From the human T2T-CHM13v2.0 reference genome, Homo sapiens: a stretch of DNA of 64,000 nucleotides. The stretch lies in the NCBI RefSeq assembly GCF_009914755.1, contig NC_060937.1; one strand, written 5' to 3'. Both the position numbers and the translations under genes were made by a program. The notes beneath the pieces are model-generated. The model saw only the letters and a list, made by a program, of their open reading frames with translations. It searched no databases and was not told the DNA's origin. This document shows positions 1-16,030 of this stretch, piece after piece; the first letter of the stretch is position 1, and each line of letters starts with the position of its first letter.

Positions 1-39
1 TTTTAATTCTTTTGGACATGTATAGAAGAGGGATTGCTG

Positions 40-580
40 ATCCCACTACTGGGTATATACCCAAAGGATTATAAATCATTCTACTATAAAGACGCAAGCA
101 CACATATGTGTACTGTGGCACTATTCACAATAGCAAAGACTTGGAACCAACCCAAAAGTCCATCAATAATAGACTGGATAAAGAAAATGTGACACATATA
201 CACCATGGAATACTATGCAGCCATAAAAAAGGATGAGTTCATGTCCTTTTCAGGGACATGGATGAAGCTGGAAACCATCATTCTCAGCAAACTATCACAA
301 GAACAGGAAACCAAACACTGCATGTTCTCACTCATAAGTGGGAGACGAACAGTGAGAACACGTGGGCATAGGGAAGGGAACATCACACACCAGGGCCTGT
401 CAGGGGATGGGGGGCTAGGGGAGGGATAGCATTAGGAGAAATACCTAATGTAGGTGACGGGCTGATGGGTGCAGCAAACCACCATGGCACGTGTATACCT
501 ATGTAACAAACCTGCACATTCTGCACATGTACCCCAGAACTTAAAGTATAATAAAAAATAAAATAAAATAAAATAAAAAA
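40..580 (+). mobile_element. 5'-truncated primate L1 (L1PA7/8-like): ORF2 end, 3' UTR and A-rich tail
   Basis: ORF 205..429 begins [30 protein letters not shown] (L1 ORF2 C-terminus). G-rich 3' UTR and AATAAA/poly(A) tail follow. 16-bp TSD AGAAG(A/T)GGGATTGCTG at 24-39 and 581-596. Confidence 0.92.
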
Positions 581-596
581 AGAAGTGGGATTGCTG

Positions 597-975
597 GATC
601 ATATGGTAGTTCTATTTTGCATTTTTTTGAGGAAGCTGCATACTGTTTTCCATAGCAGCTACATCATTTTGCATCCTCACCACAAGAATTCCAATTTCTC
701 CCCATTCTCACTAATACTTGCTTTTTATTTTTTTTTTATGATAGCCATCATAACAGGTGTGAGGTAATGTCTCATTGAGTTTCTGATTTGTATTTCCCTG
801 ATGATTAGTCACATTGAGTATCCTTTCATATACGTTTTGACCATTTGCATGTCCTCTTTGGAGAAATGTGTAAGTCGTTAGCCCATTTTTTATATAAGGT
901 TATTAGTTGTTTTGCTATCGACTTGCAGGAAGGAGTTCCTTATATATTTGGAAGTTACCCTTTATCAGATGCAAA
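597..975 (-). mobile_element. Older L1 (L1MA/MB-like) fragment, host of the L1PA insertion
   Basis: Antisense L1 3'-region motifs (gggattgctggatcatatggtagttctatttt, atttccctgatgattagt). Continuous with bases 1-39 across the TSD. Confidence 0.75.
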
Positions 976-1236
976 CATTAGAAGTGACTTACTTCTTTTC
1001 ATCTTCTTTTATCATAAAATACATTCTGCTATTTAAGATTCAGCTAAATCAGAGATAAAGAGATAAGGTGCCTGCTTCATGCTCACCTCTTATTTGCAGT
1101 CCTAACTACCCCTCCCCCCACACATGCCCCCACCCTTTAGGGAAAGAGTTCTTTGGCAATAGTACTTCAAAGTTCACTCTAATAAGCTGGGAGCTAGACA
1201 GAGCTGATTCAGAATTTATTCTATCACTACACTTCA

Positions 1237-1596
1237 TGATATGGTTTTGCTCTGTGTCCGCACCCAAATCTGACCTAGAAGTGTAATCCCCACATGTCAA
1301 GGGAGGGAAGTGATTGGATTATGGGGGTGGTTTCCCTCATGCTGTTCTCGTGATAGTAAGTGAATTCTCATGAGATCTCATGGTTTTATAAATGGTACTT
1401 TTTCCTGCGCTCACACTTCTCTCTCTTGCAGCATGTGAAGAAGGTCCTTGTTCCCCCTTCGCCTTCTGCCGTGATTCTAAGCTTCCTGAGGCCTCCACAG
1501 CCGTATGCAAATGTGACTCAACTGAACTTCTTTCTTTTATAAATTACCTAGTTCTTGGGGAGTGTTTTTATAGCAGCTTGAGAATGGACTAATACA
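1237..1596 (+). mobile_element. MaLR solo LTR (THE1/MST type) inserted in a MIR
   Basis: Starts TGATATGGTTT, ends GGACTAATACA. Imperfect 5-bp TSD CTTCA/CTTTA. MIR-like sequence on both sides. Confidence 0.88.
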
Positions 1597-1943
1597 CTTT
1601 ATTAGTCATTCAACCTCTCTAAGCCTCCATTTGCTTGTCTGTAAAATGGAAGTAATAACGTCTTCTTCATGGAGTCTTTATTATTAGTATTAGAGGATCC
1701 AATGAATGGAAAACACCTGGAATAGAGCTGGGTTCCTGTGCATGCTTACCAAAAGTCCTTTCTCTTCTCCTGCAAATCTTTGAATGTCTATCTTGATTAA
1801 TTCTTGTTGTATTTATATTACATGTTTGAACTACAGGCATTGGAATCAAACTTCCTAAGTACTCATCTTCTCTGGAATACCAACTAGTAACCAAGTAACT
1901 TAGTAAACTATGACTCAGTTTGTTTATCTGTAAATTAAAAATA

Positions 1944-2279
<336 letters not shown>

Positions 2280-4301
2280 TTACTTCTTTAAGGAGTAGCC
2301 ATTTTGTTATGATTTTCACCCTTGGACTTGTGTTTTCACCATTGGACTTGTATTTTAATAGAGTTTAAAACATAGTGGTATGTTTCCATTTTTATGTGTT
2401 GCTTTTGTTTTATTGAGGACTATCAGAGATTTCTGAAATTTTTCTGTTTAATGAAGATTTAAATTGCTACGAACACCTACTAACCTCCCTGCCCAGTGCC
2501 TCTATTCCTTTGCAGAACAGCTATCTTGCTTTGTCAATTATGTGTTTCAAGTTGTATCTGTCAATCACAGAAACCTGCCTTCTTGGCCACAGTGATTTGT
2601 CCATGGGTGGAAATAGCTAACCCAAAGTAGACCAGTGAGTTGTTTTTCTTAGAATGTTAACTTGAGTCAGTTCCTGCAGGCAAAGCTGTGAGTTATTAGA
2701 CCCCAGGACACAAGATGACCATATTCCCTGCAGTGTAAAACAAGTCAATCTGAACACGACTTCAGAATTACAGAGAGTGGGGCCAGGATGTTCTGATACC
2801 ATTTGGTCTCTGGTTCTAGCCACTTCTTTGACCAAGCTGTACTCTGTCCTTCATTTGGCTACTTGACACCTCCATGAAATTCTCTTGGTAGCATGTTCCA
2901 TTTCAATTGGGCTTCTCTCACTTGTGATGTGTCAAATAACACAGAAAAATTTTGGTATGTTAATGATTGTTACAGAAGACAAGGTGGAGCCTGCTATTTT
3001 ATTCTAATATTATTATATTATAACATTATAAGCCATCTTTATGTTTTAAGTGCCCTTCATGCACATTACTTTTAATGACCATGTAATATTTCATCATATA
3101 GCTATATTAAAACTTTATTTAACTTTTCCGCTAGTAAGGTAAATTTAGATAATTTTTTTAAGACAGAATCTTAAAATCAACGGGTGGAAAGCTTTTGATA
3201 TATATTGCCAAATTGTTTTTAGGAAGGTTGTAGCCCCTGGAATCCCATCTGTACTGTCCAAACACACTGTTTCATTGCACCATTTCTAGCACTGATTATT
3301 AATAGTTTAAAATATTTTGATCATTTGTACTAGTAGAGTTCAAAATTTCCTCTCATGTTTATCTTGTGTCTATTTTTCTATCATTTGATTGCTAATGCAC
3401 TTCTTATTGATGTATATACGTTTTTAAAATACAATTAACTTTTTATAATATTTGTGTTATTTTTTTCCCTTTGTTTTATAGTTTGCTTTAGCTTTTGGTT
3501 ACTTTTTTATATAACAAAGATTTATATTTTAATGCTACTAAATATATTAGTCTTCCTTTCCCCCCCAATTACTATTAAGCTTAGAATATCCTTCTATGAT
3601 AAATATCAGATATTCACCTATATTTTACCTTTCTTAAAATAAATATTTAAAAAATTTCATCTGTCATCAATGTGGGATTCATTTTCTCCAAAATAATTAG
3701 CCATTCTGAAAACTAATTATTGATTAATCTCTTCTCTCACCTATTGATCTATAATAAGATCTAAAACACAATATATTAAATATTTTATATACGTAAAAAT
3801 GGTTGTTCATAGATCTATACCAACCATCTACAAATGTATCCTTCTTTCCCATTCTATAAGGTTTTAATTGTTTTATTTGTATATACTTTGATAAGAAGTG
3901 ACAATAGTAATAGCTATCACATATTGAGTGCTTGCTTACTATGCACCAGACATTGCCCTAAATAATTTCCATTTATTATAATTTTTAAGCTTGTCAAAAA
4001 CTTATGAATTTCTAAGAGGTTCTTCTTCATTACTCTTCTTTTACAAATTATCCTTAGGTATTCCTGCCCCTCAGATGAACTCTAGAATTATTTTGAGAAG
4101 TTCTGTATTTTTTCCTTAAATATAAAAAAATCACTTAATATTTTTACAAATATTGCCAAAATTTTCTTCTGGATGAGTGCAGTAGGGCTGGCTCAGCCTG
4201 GGATGTTGGGAGCAGGGACTGGACAAGGGCATATTAGGAACCTCCCCACCACTGCAGAGCAAGGGGAGAGGGAGACGTGAAAATGAACAGACAGTATAGT
4301 G

Positions 4302-4621
4302 CAGTGCTGTTCAATAGAAATATAATAAAAAGTACATCATACAAAAGTACATGTGTAATTTTGAACAACTTTCTAGTAGACAAACAAGATAAAAAAGGTT
4401 AAATTATTCTAATAATATATTTCATTTAACCCAACCTATCCCAAATATTTTCAAAAAGTTATCCTTATATAAATTATGAACGGAATATTTTACATTTTTT
4501 CTACTAATATTTGAAATGGCGTGAACATTGTACACATACAGCATGGATCAACCGGGATCAACCACATTATGAGTGCTCAGTAGCTTCAGGTGGTTGGTGG
4601 CTATGGTATTGCACAGCACAG
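4302..4621. mobile_element. hAT-Charlie non-autonomous DNA transposon (MER33/MER3-like)
   Basis: Termini CAGTGCTGTTCAATAGAAAT ... GGTATTGCACAGCACAG, about 320 bp. Confidence 0.7.
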
Positions 4622-5324
4622 ATTTAGAGAAAGCCTCCAATCTTAGAACAGCAGGGAGGAAAAGGTAGGCTAGGCCAGAGAAAAATTCCACAAGATAAAA
4701 CCAGCTGTTCCATAGGGCAAATAGAGGGTGAATTTGAGAGTTGCTCAGAGAGGCAATCTAAAACTAGACCTTCTTTCAGAGTCTACATCTTAAGCTCTCA
4801 GTGAGTAGTGGTGCTAACAGGGTGCTGGTCCAGTTTAGACAATGATATTTAATCTTCCTTTATATTGCATAATCCTGGAGTGAACAAATAACAGAACATT
4901 TACAACTAGAAGAAAAAAGCTAGCATATTTTTAAGGTGGTCTTTTTATTTTGTATATACTCAGATGGTTTTTCAGTGTCACGGGAATATAAAATGAAAAG
5001 TTTGAAAAGCTTGTTCCAAAAACGTGAGGGTATTTGAGAGAAAAACTCACCTTCTTTTTTGTTTATTTAGGGAAGGAGATTGAACTGTTTATTAATAATA
5101 GAATACAGGACAATACTTCTCTGTATATCTGTGGAGAAGCATAGCAAAATAGAAGGCTTGTTTACTTACGGTGGGTCCAGAAGTTCACAAAAACAAGTCC
5201 AGAACTAAGAGAATAAATGTATAGCTCTATGCTATAAAGAAAGTAACATTCAATGTTTTCAAGAAACAATGGTGATCAAATATGCCATCTAAAGTCATCA
5301 GAAGTGAAGACTCTTCATGTTGTG

Positions 5325-5658
5325 CAGTAGCTTCCCCTTATCTGCAGTTTCACTTTCTGTGGTTTTAGTTACCCATTGTCAACTGCAGTCTGAAAATATT
5401 AGATGAAATTTTAAAAATAAACAATTCATAAGTTTTAAATTATGTGCCATTCTGAGTATTGATGTAACTGTTCTATTTTATTATGTTACTGTTGTGAATC
5501 TCTTACAGTGCCTAGTTTATAAATTAAACTTTATCATAAGTATTTATGTATGTATAGGAAAAAAACATAGTATATTTATATAGGGTTTGGTACTCTCCAA
5601 CGTTTCAGTCACCCACTGGGGTCTTGGAATGTGTCCTCTGTGGATAAGAGGGACTACC
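5325..5658 (+). mobile_element. Tigger-derived MER44A-like DNA transposon
   Basis: Terminal inverted repeats CAGTAGCTTCCCCTTATC ... GATAAGAGGGACTAC, with internal MER44 consensus-like sequence. Confidence 0.78.
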
Positions 5659-6877
5659 ATGGTCTTTATTACCATCTAGTTGGTAATTACTCATCTGCTT
5701 CTGTTAAAAAGGATGAAAGGCAAAGCAGATGTCTTCAGAAATACTAGTGAAGATATCTGAAAAGAGAAACTTGCCAATACGTGAAAAATAGCAGTTCACG
5801 CAGGTAGCAATAGTGAAGGTAATAGATTCGAATAGACTGATCATTTGCAGTTATTGTTTAAAACCCTGAAGGCTTTATGAATTGTTACCAACAGAGAGAT
5901 AATGCCTGAATTTGTTTATGGGAAAGCTTTAGAATCTAGAATAGCACATATCTGACTATGGGCTCTAGTTTCAGGAACTTTAATTTAATAAAGTTATTTT
6001 GGATTGAATTGTGAAATTACCACTTTTGAGATCACAAATGGCTCAAGATCAGCAATTTCATATAGGCTTAAAAGTATCAGGTGTTGAAAACACTATGTTA
6101 TTATGAATACAGGAAAATTTAGAAAATGCTTCAAATCTCATTAATCCAAACAATTCTGATGGAGCTATCAGGATGGCTATTTTACTGGGACACAATCTGG
6201 GCATTGCTTTAGAACCGAAAATTTGAAGTCAGGTTGCCAGGGTCCTGGCTCCCTAGTTATTTGTCACATGCTGTTGGGCAAATCATTTAACGTTTATCAG
6301 ATTCAATTTATTTATTCACAAAATAGAGATATTAATAAATTATCTTAATCTTTCAAAAATGGGATTTAAAAATCTTTCATAAAATGGGATTTTAAAATGA
6401 GATTACTTAATTCCATAGAATAGGATTATTTAATCTTCTATAAAGTGGGATTTTGTCCATAAAATGGAGGTATTAATAAATGATCTTATTTAATCTTCCC
6501 CCTAAAATTATGAGTGAACACCGTTCATAATGTTTTGGTAAAGAAATTTGAGGAAAATAACCTTCAAATTATAGATACACTTTTATGGGAGTTGTGCAAA
6601 CAATGGGTCTCATTAGGAAATCTAAATTCAAAAATTCAAAAGGCCTTGGCTCTATATCAGAATGAACATCATTCATAGTATTTTGAGGAAGATTATATGA
6701 GATAATTTATGCAGAATGATTAAGAAAGTGCCTGGCACTTAGTAAGTGCTCAGTAAATGTCGGTTTTTAAAAACTAAACAGTTTTATTGAAGTATAATTT
6801 ATGCCATAAAATTTTTCCATTGTAGGTGTACAATTCAATAATTTTTCATAAATTTAAAGAGTTGTCAATAATCACCA

Positions 6878-7282
<405 letters not shown>

Positions 7283-8169
7283 TCAGTCCCAGACAAACTC
7301 TGATCTGCTTTATGTCTTTACAGATTTGCATTTTTCTCAAAAATGCATATAACTTGAATCAAACAATATGTGGTCTTTTGTTTCTGGCTCCTTTTACTTG
7401 GCTTAATATTTTTGAAGTTCAACATTGTTATAAAATGTATCAATAAGTAGTCCCTTTTTATTACATTGTATTACATACTGCATTTTGAAATTCTATTCAC
7501 TAGTTGACATTTGCACATTTGGGTTATTTCCCATTTGGAAATATTATAAATAAGGCTGCTATAAATGATTACAAATTTTACATAGACATATGTGTTCCTC
7601 GGGAATTGCTAGGTTGAATGGTAAGTTTATGTTTAACTTTTTAAGAAACTGCCAAATTATTTTCCAAAGTGGTGCATCATTTTATGTTCCCATCAGCAAT
7701 GTATAAGGGCTGCAATTTCTCCACATCCTCACCACCACTTACTATTGTCAGTCTTTTTAATTATAGCCATCTTGTGTAAAATGGTATTGCATTGTAGTTT
7801 TAACTTAAATTTCTTTAAAGATTAATGATGTTCACTATTTTTTTCACATGCTTATTAACCATATGCCTTTTTTCTTTTTTTTGTAAAACATCAATTCACA
7901 AAGGTTGCCCATTTTTAAATTTGCCTTTGTTTTTGTTAAGTTATAAGTGATCTTTATATATTTTGGATACAAGTCCATTGTGAAATGCATGGTTTGTAAA
8001 TATTTTCTCCCAGTGTGTGGCTTGTCTTTTTATTTATATGGTTTGATGAGCAAAATATTTTAATTTAGATGAAATTAAATTAATCAGCTTTTTAATGGAT
8101 TGTACTTTTGTTGTCACATCTAAGAAGTTTTTGTCTAAAGTCACAAAGAATTTTCCTTTAGAAAATTTT

Positions 8170-8494
<325 letters not shown>

Positions 8495-8722
8495 TTAGTT
8501 CTTACATTTAGATCTATAGTCTGAGTTAATTTTTGTGTATGGTGTGAGGTAAGGATCTAAATGCTTTTTCTCTTTTTCTTTCTTTTTTTTTTTTTAACTT
8601 ATGGACAGTCTGTTGTCTCAGCAACATTTCTGGAAAATACTATCCTTCCTCCCATTGAGCTGCTTTGACATCTTTGTTGAAAATAAGTTGACCATAAATA
8701 TAAATGTTTATTTCTGGACTTT

Positions 8723-9025
8723 CTTTTTTTTTTTTTTTTTTTTTGAGACAGAGTCTTACTCTGTCACCCAGGCTGGAGTGCAGTGGTGTGATCTTGGCTC
8801 ACTGCAAGCTCTGCCTCCCAGGTTCATGCCATTCTCCACCTCAGCCTCCTGAGTAGCTGAGACTATAGGTGCCTACCACCATGCCTGGCTAATTTTTTTG
8901 TATTTTTAGTAGAGATGGGGATTCACCATGTTAGCCAGGATGGTCTTGATCTCCTGACCTCATGATCTGCCCACCTTGGCCTCCCAAAGTGCTGGGATTA
9001 CAGGCATAAGCCACCGTGCCTGGCC
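8723..9025 (-). mobile_element. AluY-like
   Basis: Antisense Alu with poly(T). TSD TATTTCTGGACTTT at 8709-8722 and 9026-9039. Confidence 0.93.
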
Positions 9026-10675
9026 TATTTCTGGACTTTGTATTTTATTCCCTTGATTTATATGTCTTTCCTTATACCAATACAATCCTGCCTTATTACA
9101 GTAGCATTCTAGCAAGTTTTGAAATTAGGTAATTCTAATTTTCTCCAATTTTCAAAGTTGTTTTGGCTATTTTGTTCCTTTGCATTGTCATATGTATTTT
9201 TGATCAGTTTAACAACTTATAAAAAATTCTGCTGAAATTTTGATCAGGATTACCTTGAACTTATATATTAATTTGGGAAAAAATGTCATTTAAACAATAT
9301 TGAGTTATTCCATCATTGAACATGAAATGTCTTTTTGATTGGATATTTTAAAATTCATTTCAGTAATGTTTTGTAGTTTAGTATACAACTCTAATACCTT
9401 TTAGATTTATTCCTAGTTTATTCTTTTTGATTCTCCTGCCAATGAAGCTATTTTCTTAATTTTATTTCTGGATTGCTTGTTGCTAATGTTTAAAGAATGC
9501 AAGTGATTTTTGTATGTTGACATTGTAGCTTGTGATTTTCCTAAACTTGTTTATAAATATAAACCAGTAGTTTTTTTAAAAAATATAAATGTATTAGAAT
9601 TTTGTATGTAAAGGATGATGTCATCCTCAAATAAAGACAGATTATTTATTTTTCTAGTATATACACCTTTAAGGTTTTCTTCTTGCCTCATTGCTGTAGT
9701 TAGAGCCACCAGTACAATGTTGAATAGAAATGGTGAGGGAACATCTTAGCTTTATTTCCAATCTTAGGGGGAAAGCTTTTATCTTCTACCAGTAAGTTTG
9801 ATGATAACTGTAAGTATTTGGCAGATGCCCTTTATCAAGTTCCTTTCTATTTTCTTCTAGCTTGTTGAGAGATTTTATCATGAATAGATACTGAAATTTG
9901 TTACATGCTGCTTATATCTATTGAGAAGAGAATCATGTGGTTTTTTCCTTTATACTATTAAAATTGTGTATATTAATTGACTTTCAGATTTTAAGGCTTG
10001 CATACCTGGGATAAATCTAGTTGGTCATGTTGTAGAGTTTTCTTTCTTTTTTTTTTTTTTTAAATATATGTTGCTGCTTATTTTTATGCTTTGGAATCAT
10101 AATTGTGCAAAATCCCTTCTAAGTAAGTAGAATATTTAATAATTGGTTCCTGTGAATGATTACTTATATCCAGCATATTCTAAATCATTTTAGTTGGAAG
10201 ATTTTTGAGTACCAGGAATGACTGCTCACTGATGTAATGCCCTGTGCCCCCCTCAAACCCAAATGTCTTTGCTCTGTAGTTATCTGTTCTTACCTGTTTC
10301 TCAGTGAAGATTCTTCTGCATATGGTAGAAGCAGAAGGGAATTTTAAGCATTCTTCTCCAAAACAAAACAAAACAAAACACCAAAAACCTTTCTATTAGC
10401 AGTTTTAACCCCAATGTTTTGTGTAATATATTAAAAATGTCATAACTGCTTAACTGATTTCCACTTATATGACTTTGTAGTTTAGCTGCACTCTCCATTA
10501 CCTTTGCAAACATGCTGACTAGTACTCATGGCATCTTCAGCACCTGAGTGAATAGGCTATCTCTGGTATACTCACATATTTCTGTTCTCACCAGTTGAAT
10601 TACAAGCTAGCAAGAGTAAGTTGTGCAAGTTGCTTAAACTGTTTATTCCAGATGTACTTGTTATTATAATTCGAT

Positions 10676-11590
<915 letters not shown>

Positions 11591-13369
11591 TAACAATTAA
11601 ATATTCAAGCTGATTAAATGTGTAAAGAAAGAGATTTACTTTGGTAATCTAGGTAGGTGGTAATAGGTTCAACCAACAAACCCAAATTCAAAAATTCAAA
11701 AGACTTGTTCTATGTCAGAAGACTGGAAAATGATTATTCAACAATGGTAAGTTAAAATACAATGTGTTTGTGTGTATGTACATATATATTTCCTACACTA
11801 AATGACTTTTACAATTAATAACCATATATAAATCCTGATTGTGTCATTGTGTCAGATAAGAGGTCTTGTACTAAACATCCCCAAATCCCCGTGGTTTGGA
11901 GGTTGGGGGTATTTAATCATTTCACGTCTTGTATCATATTAAGTACATAATATGCCTTCATATTAGAATGAGGGGAAATAATAAGACATGGGATTCAGAG
12001 AGAGTAAACTGTGCTATTTTACTCTGCTTCCATATTTGAATGTGAGGAAAAATATGTTAGGACACATAATCAACTTTTGGCTTAGATGCAACTTTGTCCC
12101 TCTCAAGAGGGAAGAGTTTTTGAGCACCATGATGAGTTATTCAACTTACTTTGTGCAGTCAATGGTTTCTGGCAAGTGAAATAAAGAATAAAATAAGAAA
12201 ATGAAGACATTTGAGAGTGTAAACAAATAATGAGAGGTAAGGTTAGTTTTTAATTAGAAACAAGACTTCATAAAAGTAAATGGGAAACCAAATGAAAGAG
12301 TCAAGCTACCTCATGGTAATAAATATACTCAAATAAAGGAAAAATTGGTCTAAGAATTCATTCTGTAGCATTGTCCTATTATGTGGAAAAATATTCATCT
12401 GTAGCCAAATTCCCAATTTCTGTAGCTTTGAGTTTTTTTTGTTTTTGTTTTTGTTTTTTTTCTGGCAGTAATTTGACCAAAGGCTTCTTGGTAGCTGTAC
12501 ACACTTGAGAAAAAGACCATTCTCTTAGATGATTTATTTCCATTTAATTAGAAATCAAGTCATTAGTCTCCTTGTGATCTGATTAGACTACAGTCTTAAC
12601 ATGGTAAAGATTGGAAATAATTGTTATTTAAAAGAAGAAGGAAAGAAAAAGAAAGCCAAATCTCTGAGGACAAAGAACTACGCTCTGCTCTTTCCCTCAG
12701 TTAAACCCTCATTAACAGCGTGTGAAGAAGCAAAAACAAAGCCCTCAGTGTTCCCTTTAGAGGATCCTTAAGAGCCTAGTCTGTCTGTAAGAAGCTTTTC
12801 TTTTGCTAATGTGGGCTGAATTACTGACAAAGACCAGTGTCAATGGTCTGCTTCAAGAATCTAATCCCTGGAAGGGAAGCATTTCCTTGCATAGCTTTGC
12901 AATGCATTTGTCAAACATTTTAAACCGTTTAACAGAAAGAAGCATTGTCATGACAAGACTCAACATTTCCAGTTCTTCAGTTACATCTGCCAGTAGAGCC
13001 ATGGGATGAGCCTTTCGGGCTGCAGTGCTCAGGCACAAATGCAAATGTATGTGTGGTACACATCTTGTGACTCAGTTTTGATAATTAGTTTTGGCCAGAT
13101 TTATTAGCATATTTTGCATCTGTTTCTTTGTAGAATATATTATTAATGTCTTATTTTAAGTAATGTATTTTCTGGTTAATCTTGAACTTCTTTTGGAAGG
13201 CTAATAAAGTCACGATGACAAACATGTCTTGTTATAATCTCAAAATGATATTGGAACATTGTAAAAGAAAGCCAGATAGAATCTCTCTTTCTCTTGCCAG
13301 TTGAAGGTTCATTTTCAATCACTTTTTTTCAAGCTCAATACAGTAAATATCCCGCTATTTCCTCCTCAT

Positions 13370-13972
13370 TGTAGGACTGGAAAGTGGGTGATCTCTTTCC
13401 TCCCTATCATAAGAATCAAGGCAGACACTCTAATAACAAAGACATGTTAACAAGAGAAGAGCATAAGAAATTTGATTTTTGAAATTTGATATTTGATTGT
13501 AGTTTTAGGTAACATGGAACCTTTGAAGACTCAAAGATACAGGGGAAATTATTCATTTTTATGCCTAGGTTCAATGAAGAATGGACAGTTGTGTAGAGAC
13601 ACGATTGGGCAAGTGGTATGATCTAATGCTTATAGACTGAAGGGGGAAATTGGGCAAAGTCTCTGTTCAGACTCATCTTGGACTCTCTGTGGAGATTCCA
13701 TCTATGGAGTAGGACTCCTCTGGAAGGAGGGTCTCAACTTCTTTATGGCCAGCTATTACATACAAAGGTGGTGGGTAGGGGAGGAGGGGAAGTGAGTAAT
13801 ATTTTTAGGCCTTATGGCCTAAAATATTTCCCACCTTGGGGAAAAGGGATTCTAATTTCTATGGCTTGCCTTGAGGGAGAATAAGGGGCAAGGGACAAGA
13901 GGGCAGGAGGTCAGAGAGAGACTTTTGTTTCTGAGGCCTTTGTTTTGGGGTATCATTTTCTGAGCCCCAACA
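13370..13972 (-). mobile_element. ERV1-class solo LTR (MER31/MER39-like)
   Basis: TG...CA termini. Minus strand starts TGTTGGGGCTCAGAAAATGATACCCC, typical of this LTR group. Exact subfamily uncertain. Confidence 0.7.
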
Positions 13973-14659
13973 CCATCTAGAATACTGAATCTAAAACTAA
14001 TATATTCAGGGGATCAATGTACCTATTGTTCTGACTTAATGCATTTGCTTTATGACCGCCAAGCATTGCTCTAAAAAACCACACTAACCGGATTATTCAT
14101 GATAGTTGCTGGGCTCAAAAATAGGAATCACCATATCAGATAGCACTCACTCCCCAAAATCAAAGACGATAAGTAGTTTTATCCCTCTTCTAAATAAATT
14201 GAAAAGGAAGGGTGATGGGGAGAAAGGCTTTAGATTTACCTCAGGCAAGGGATTCAGTGCACTTAGATATCTATTACCTTGTTTATTCTCACACTATCTG
14301 CAAGAATTTGGAGGGGAGAGGTAGCATTTATTACCTCTTGCCTTTGGTTACAAAATGCATTAGCAGTGGAGGGAAAAGGTGGGGGATAGTGGAGAATGGA
14401 AAACTCCAGAACCATGGAGTTCCTGGAAATGTTCAAATAATCTGCATCTCTTTCTTTGTCTCCTTTCATTTCTCTCCTTCTCTTTTATTCTCCTACCTCT
14501 ATTTGATGGTATCTTGCGATTTGGAGGATTTTCCTGAAAAAAATTGAAAAGTAAAGCTAATAGACCTGCAGACTTCTTTTTAAAATATGATATTCACAAA
14601 GCAACGAATATTCTTATTTTCCCTATTTCATTTATTCTATTCCTTTCTGGCTTTCCCAC

Positions 14660-14980
14660 TTCCTTTCTTTCTTTATTTTTCTTTGAGTGGGGTCTCCTTC
14701 TGTTGCCAGGGCTGGAGTGCAGTGCATGATCATAGCTCAGTGCAGACTGGGCCTCCTGGGCTCAAGCAATCCTCTTGCCCAAGCCTCCATAATAGCTGGG
14801 AGTACAGATACGCACCACAGTGCCCAGCTAATTTTTTTTTTTTTTTTTTTTTTTTAGTTTTTGTAGAGACAGAGTCTCGCTATATTGCCCGGACTGCTCT
14901 TGAATTGTTGGACTCAAGTGATCTTCTGCCTTGGACTCCCAAAGTGCTGGGATTACAGTTGTGAGCCACCATGCCTGACC
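14660..14980 (-). mobile_element. AluJ
   Basis: Diverged antisense Alu with J diagnostics (gatcatagctca, gggctcaagcaatcc) and an expanded T linker. Confidence 0.88.
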
Positions 14981-15865
14981 CTCATTTCTTTTCTTTTCAA
15001 TGGGACTCTCCCTGCCTCCCAGGTTGCCTGTGAGTAGTGAGTATGGCTTAGTTCTTAGGAACACTTAAGGCTCAGCCTGCTACTGGTCATAGGGACTAGA
15101 CAGATTCTTGCCCTCCTTCCTCTCAGTCTAATAAACTGTCAAACTCACCTTCTGACCTAACAGCTAATCATTCTTGGAATTGAGAGCAGCAGGAAAAAGT
15201 GTTAAGTGATATGTTGCTAATAAAAATTGAATACACATGTTTGGAAATTATTTAAATTAAAGAATTATGAATGTGATGTCAGTCACTTGCTTTCCTTCTT
15301 TTTCTGAATGGGGAGAAAGAACTAGAGCTTCAAAATAATTCCATTGGTTTTACCTATGTTTGGATCCTTTAAAGAGCAATATTGCTTTGTGAATATCATA
15401 TTTAAAAAAGAAATCTGCAGGTCTGTTAGCTTTATTCTTCAATATTTTCAGGAACATCCTCAAAATCACAGGAGAGTGTCAAAAAGGGTTTCCAGAATAG
15501 GTTTACTTAACATAGTAAGTGGTCAATACACATGAATTGATGAAAGAATGAAATACAAGAAGTCATCATTCATGTGTTTTGGGGCATGAAACAAACATGA
15601 AGAACCGCTACTGTATCCTGCAAGTTTTATGATCATACTTGACTCATATTCATATTAATATCAATTTAATATTTTCAAAGCTAGATTAAAGTTCCAAAAT
15701 AGATTTTTAAAAGTGGGATTGATAGTTCAGGGCAGATGTTCTTTGAGGAGGATAATGTCTCCCGTCCCCATCAACCCCAGTGTGATGTTCAGGGGTGGTG
15801 GTGGGGTGGGGGGTGGTTCTTATGCACAGCCACAGGATCTGTGCCTACCTCTGCATTGTGAATCG

Positions 15866-16030
15866 TTTTTTAAAAATTTATCTTTTATTTTAAGTTCAGG
15901 GATACACATGCAGGTTTTTTATATAGGTAAACTTGTGTCATGGGGGTTTGCTGTACAGATTATTTCACTACCCAGATATTAAGACTAGTACCCATTATTA
16001 TTTTTCCTGATCCTCTCTCTCCTCTCTCAC
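15866..16030 (-). mobile_element. Short L1 3' end (old L1PA/L1PB-like)
   Basis: ttttattttaagttcagggatacacatgcaggt...catgggggtttgctgtacagattatttc matches an antisense L1 3' terminus. Confidence 0.75.

Noticed and set aside
15792-15816. G-rich run GGGGTGGTGGTGGGGTGGGGGGTGG as a G-quadruplex element
   Set aside because: Isolated short simple repeat with no promoter or exon context.
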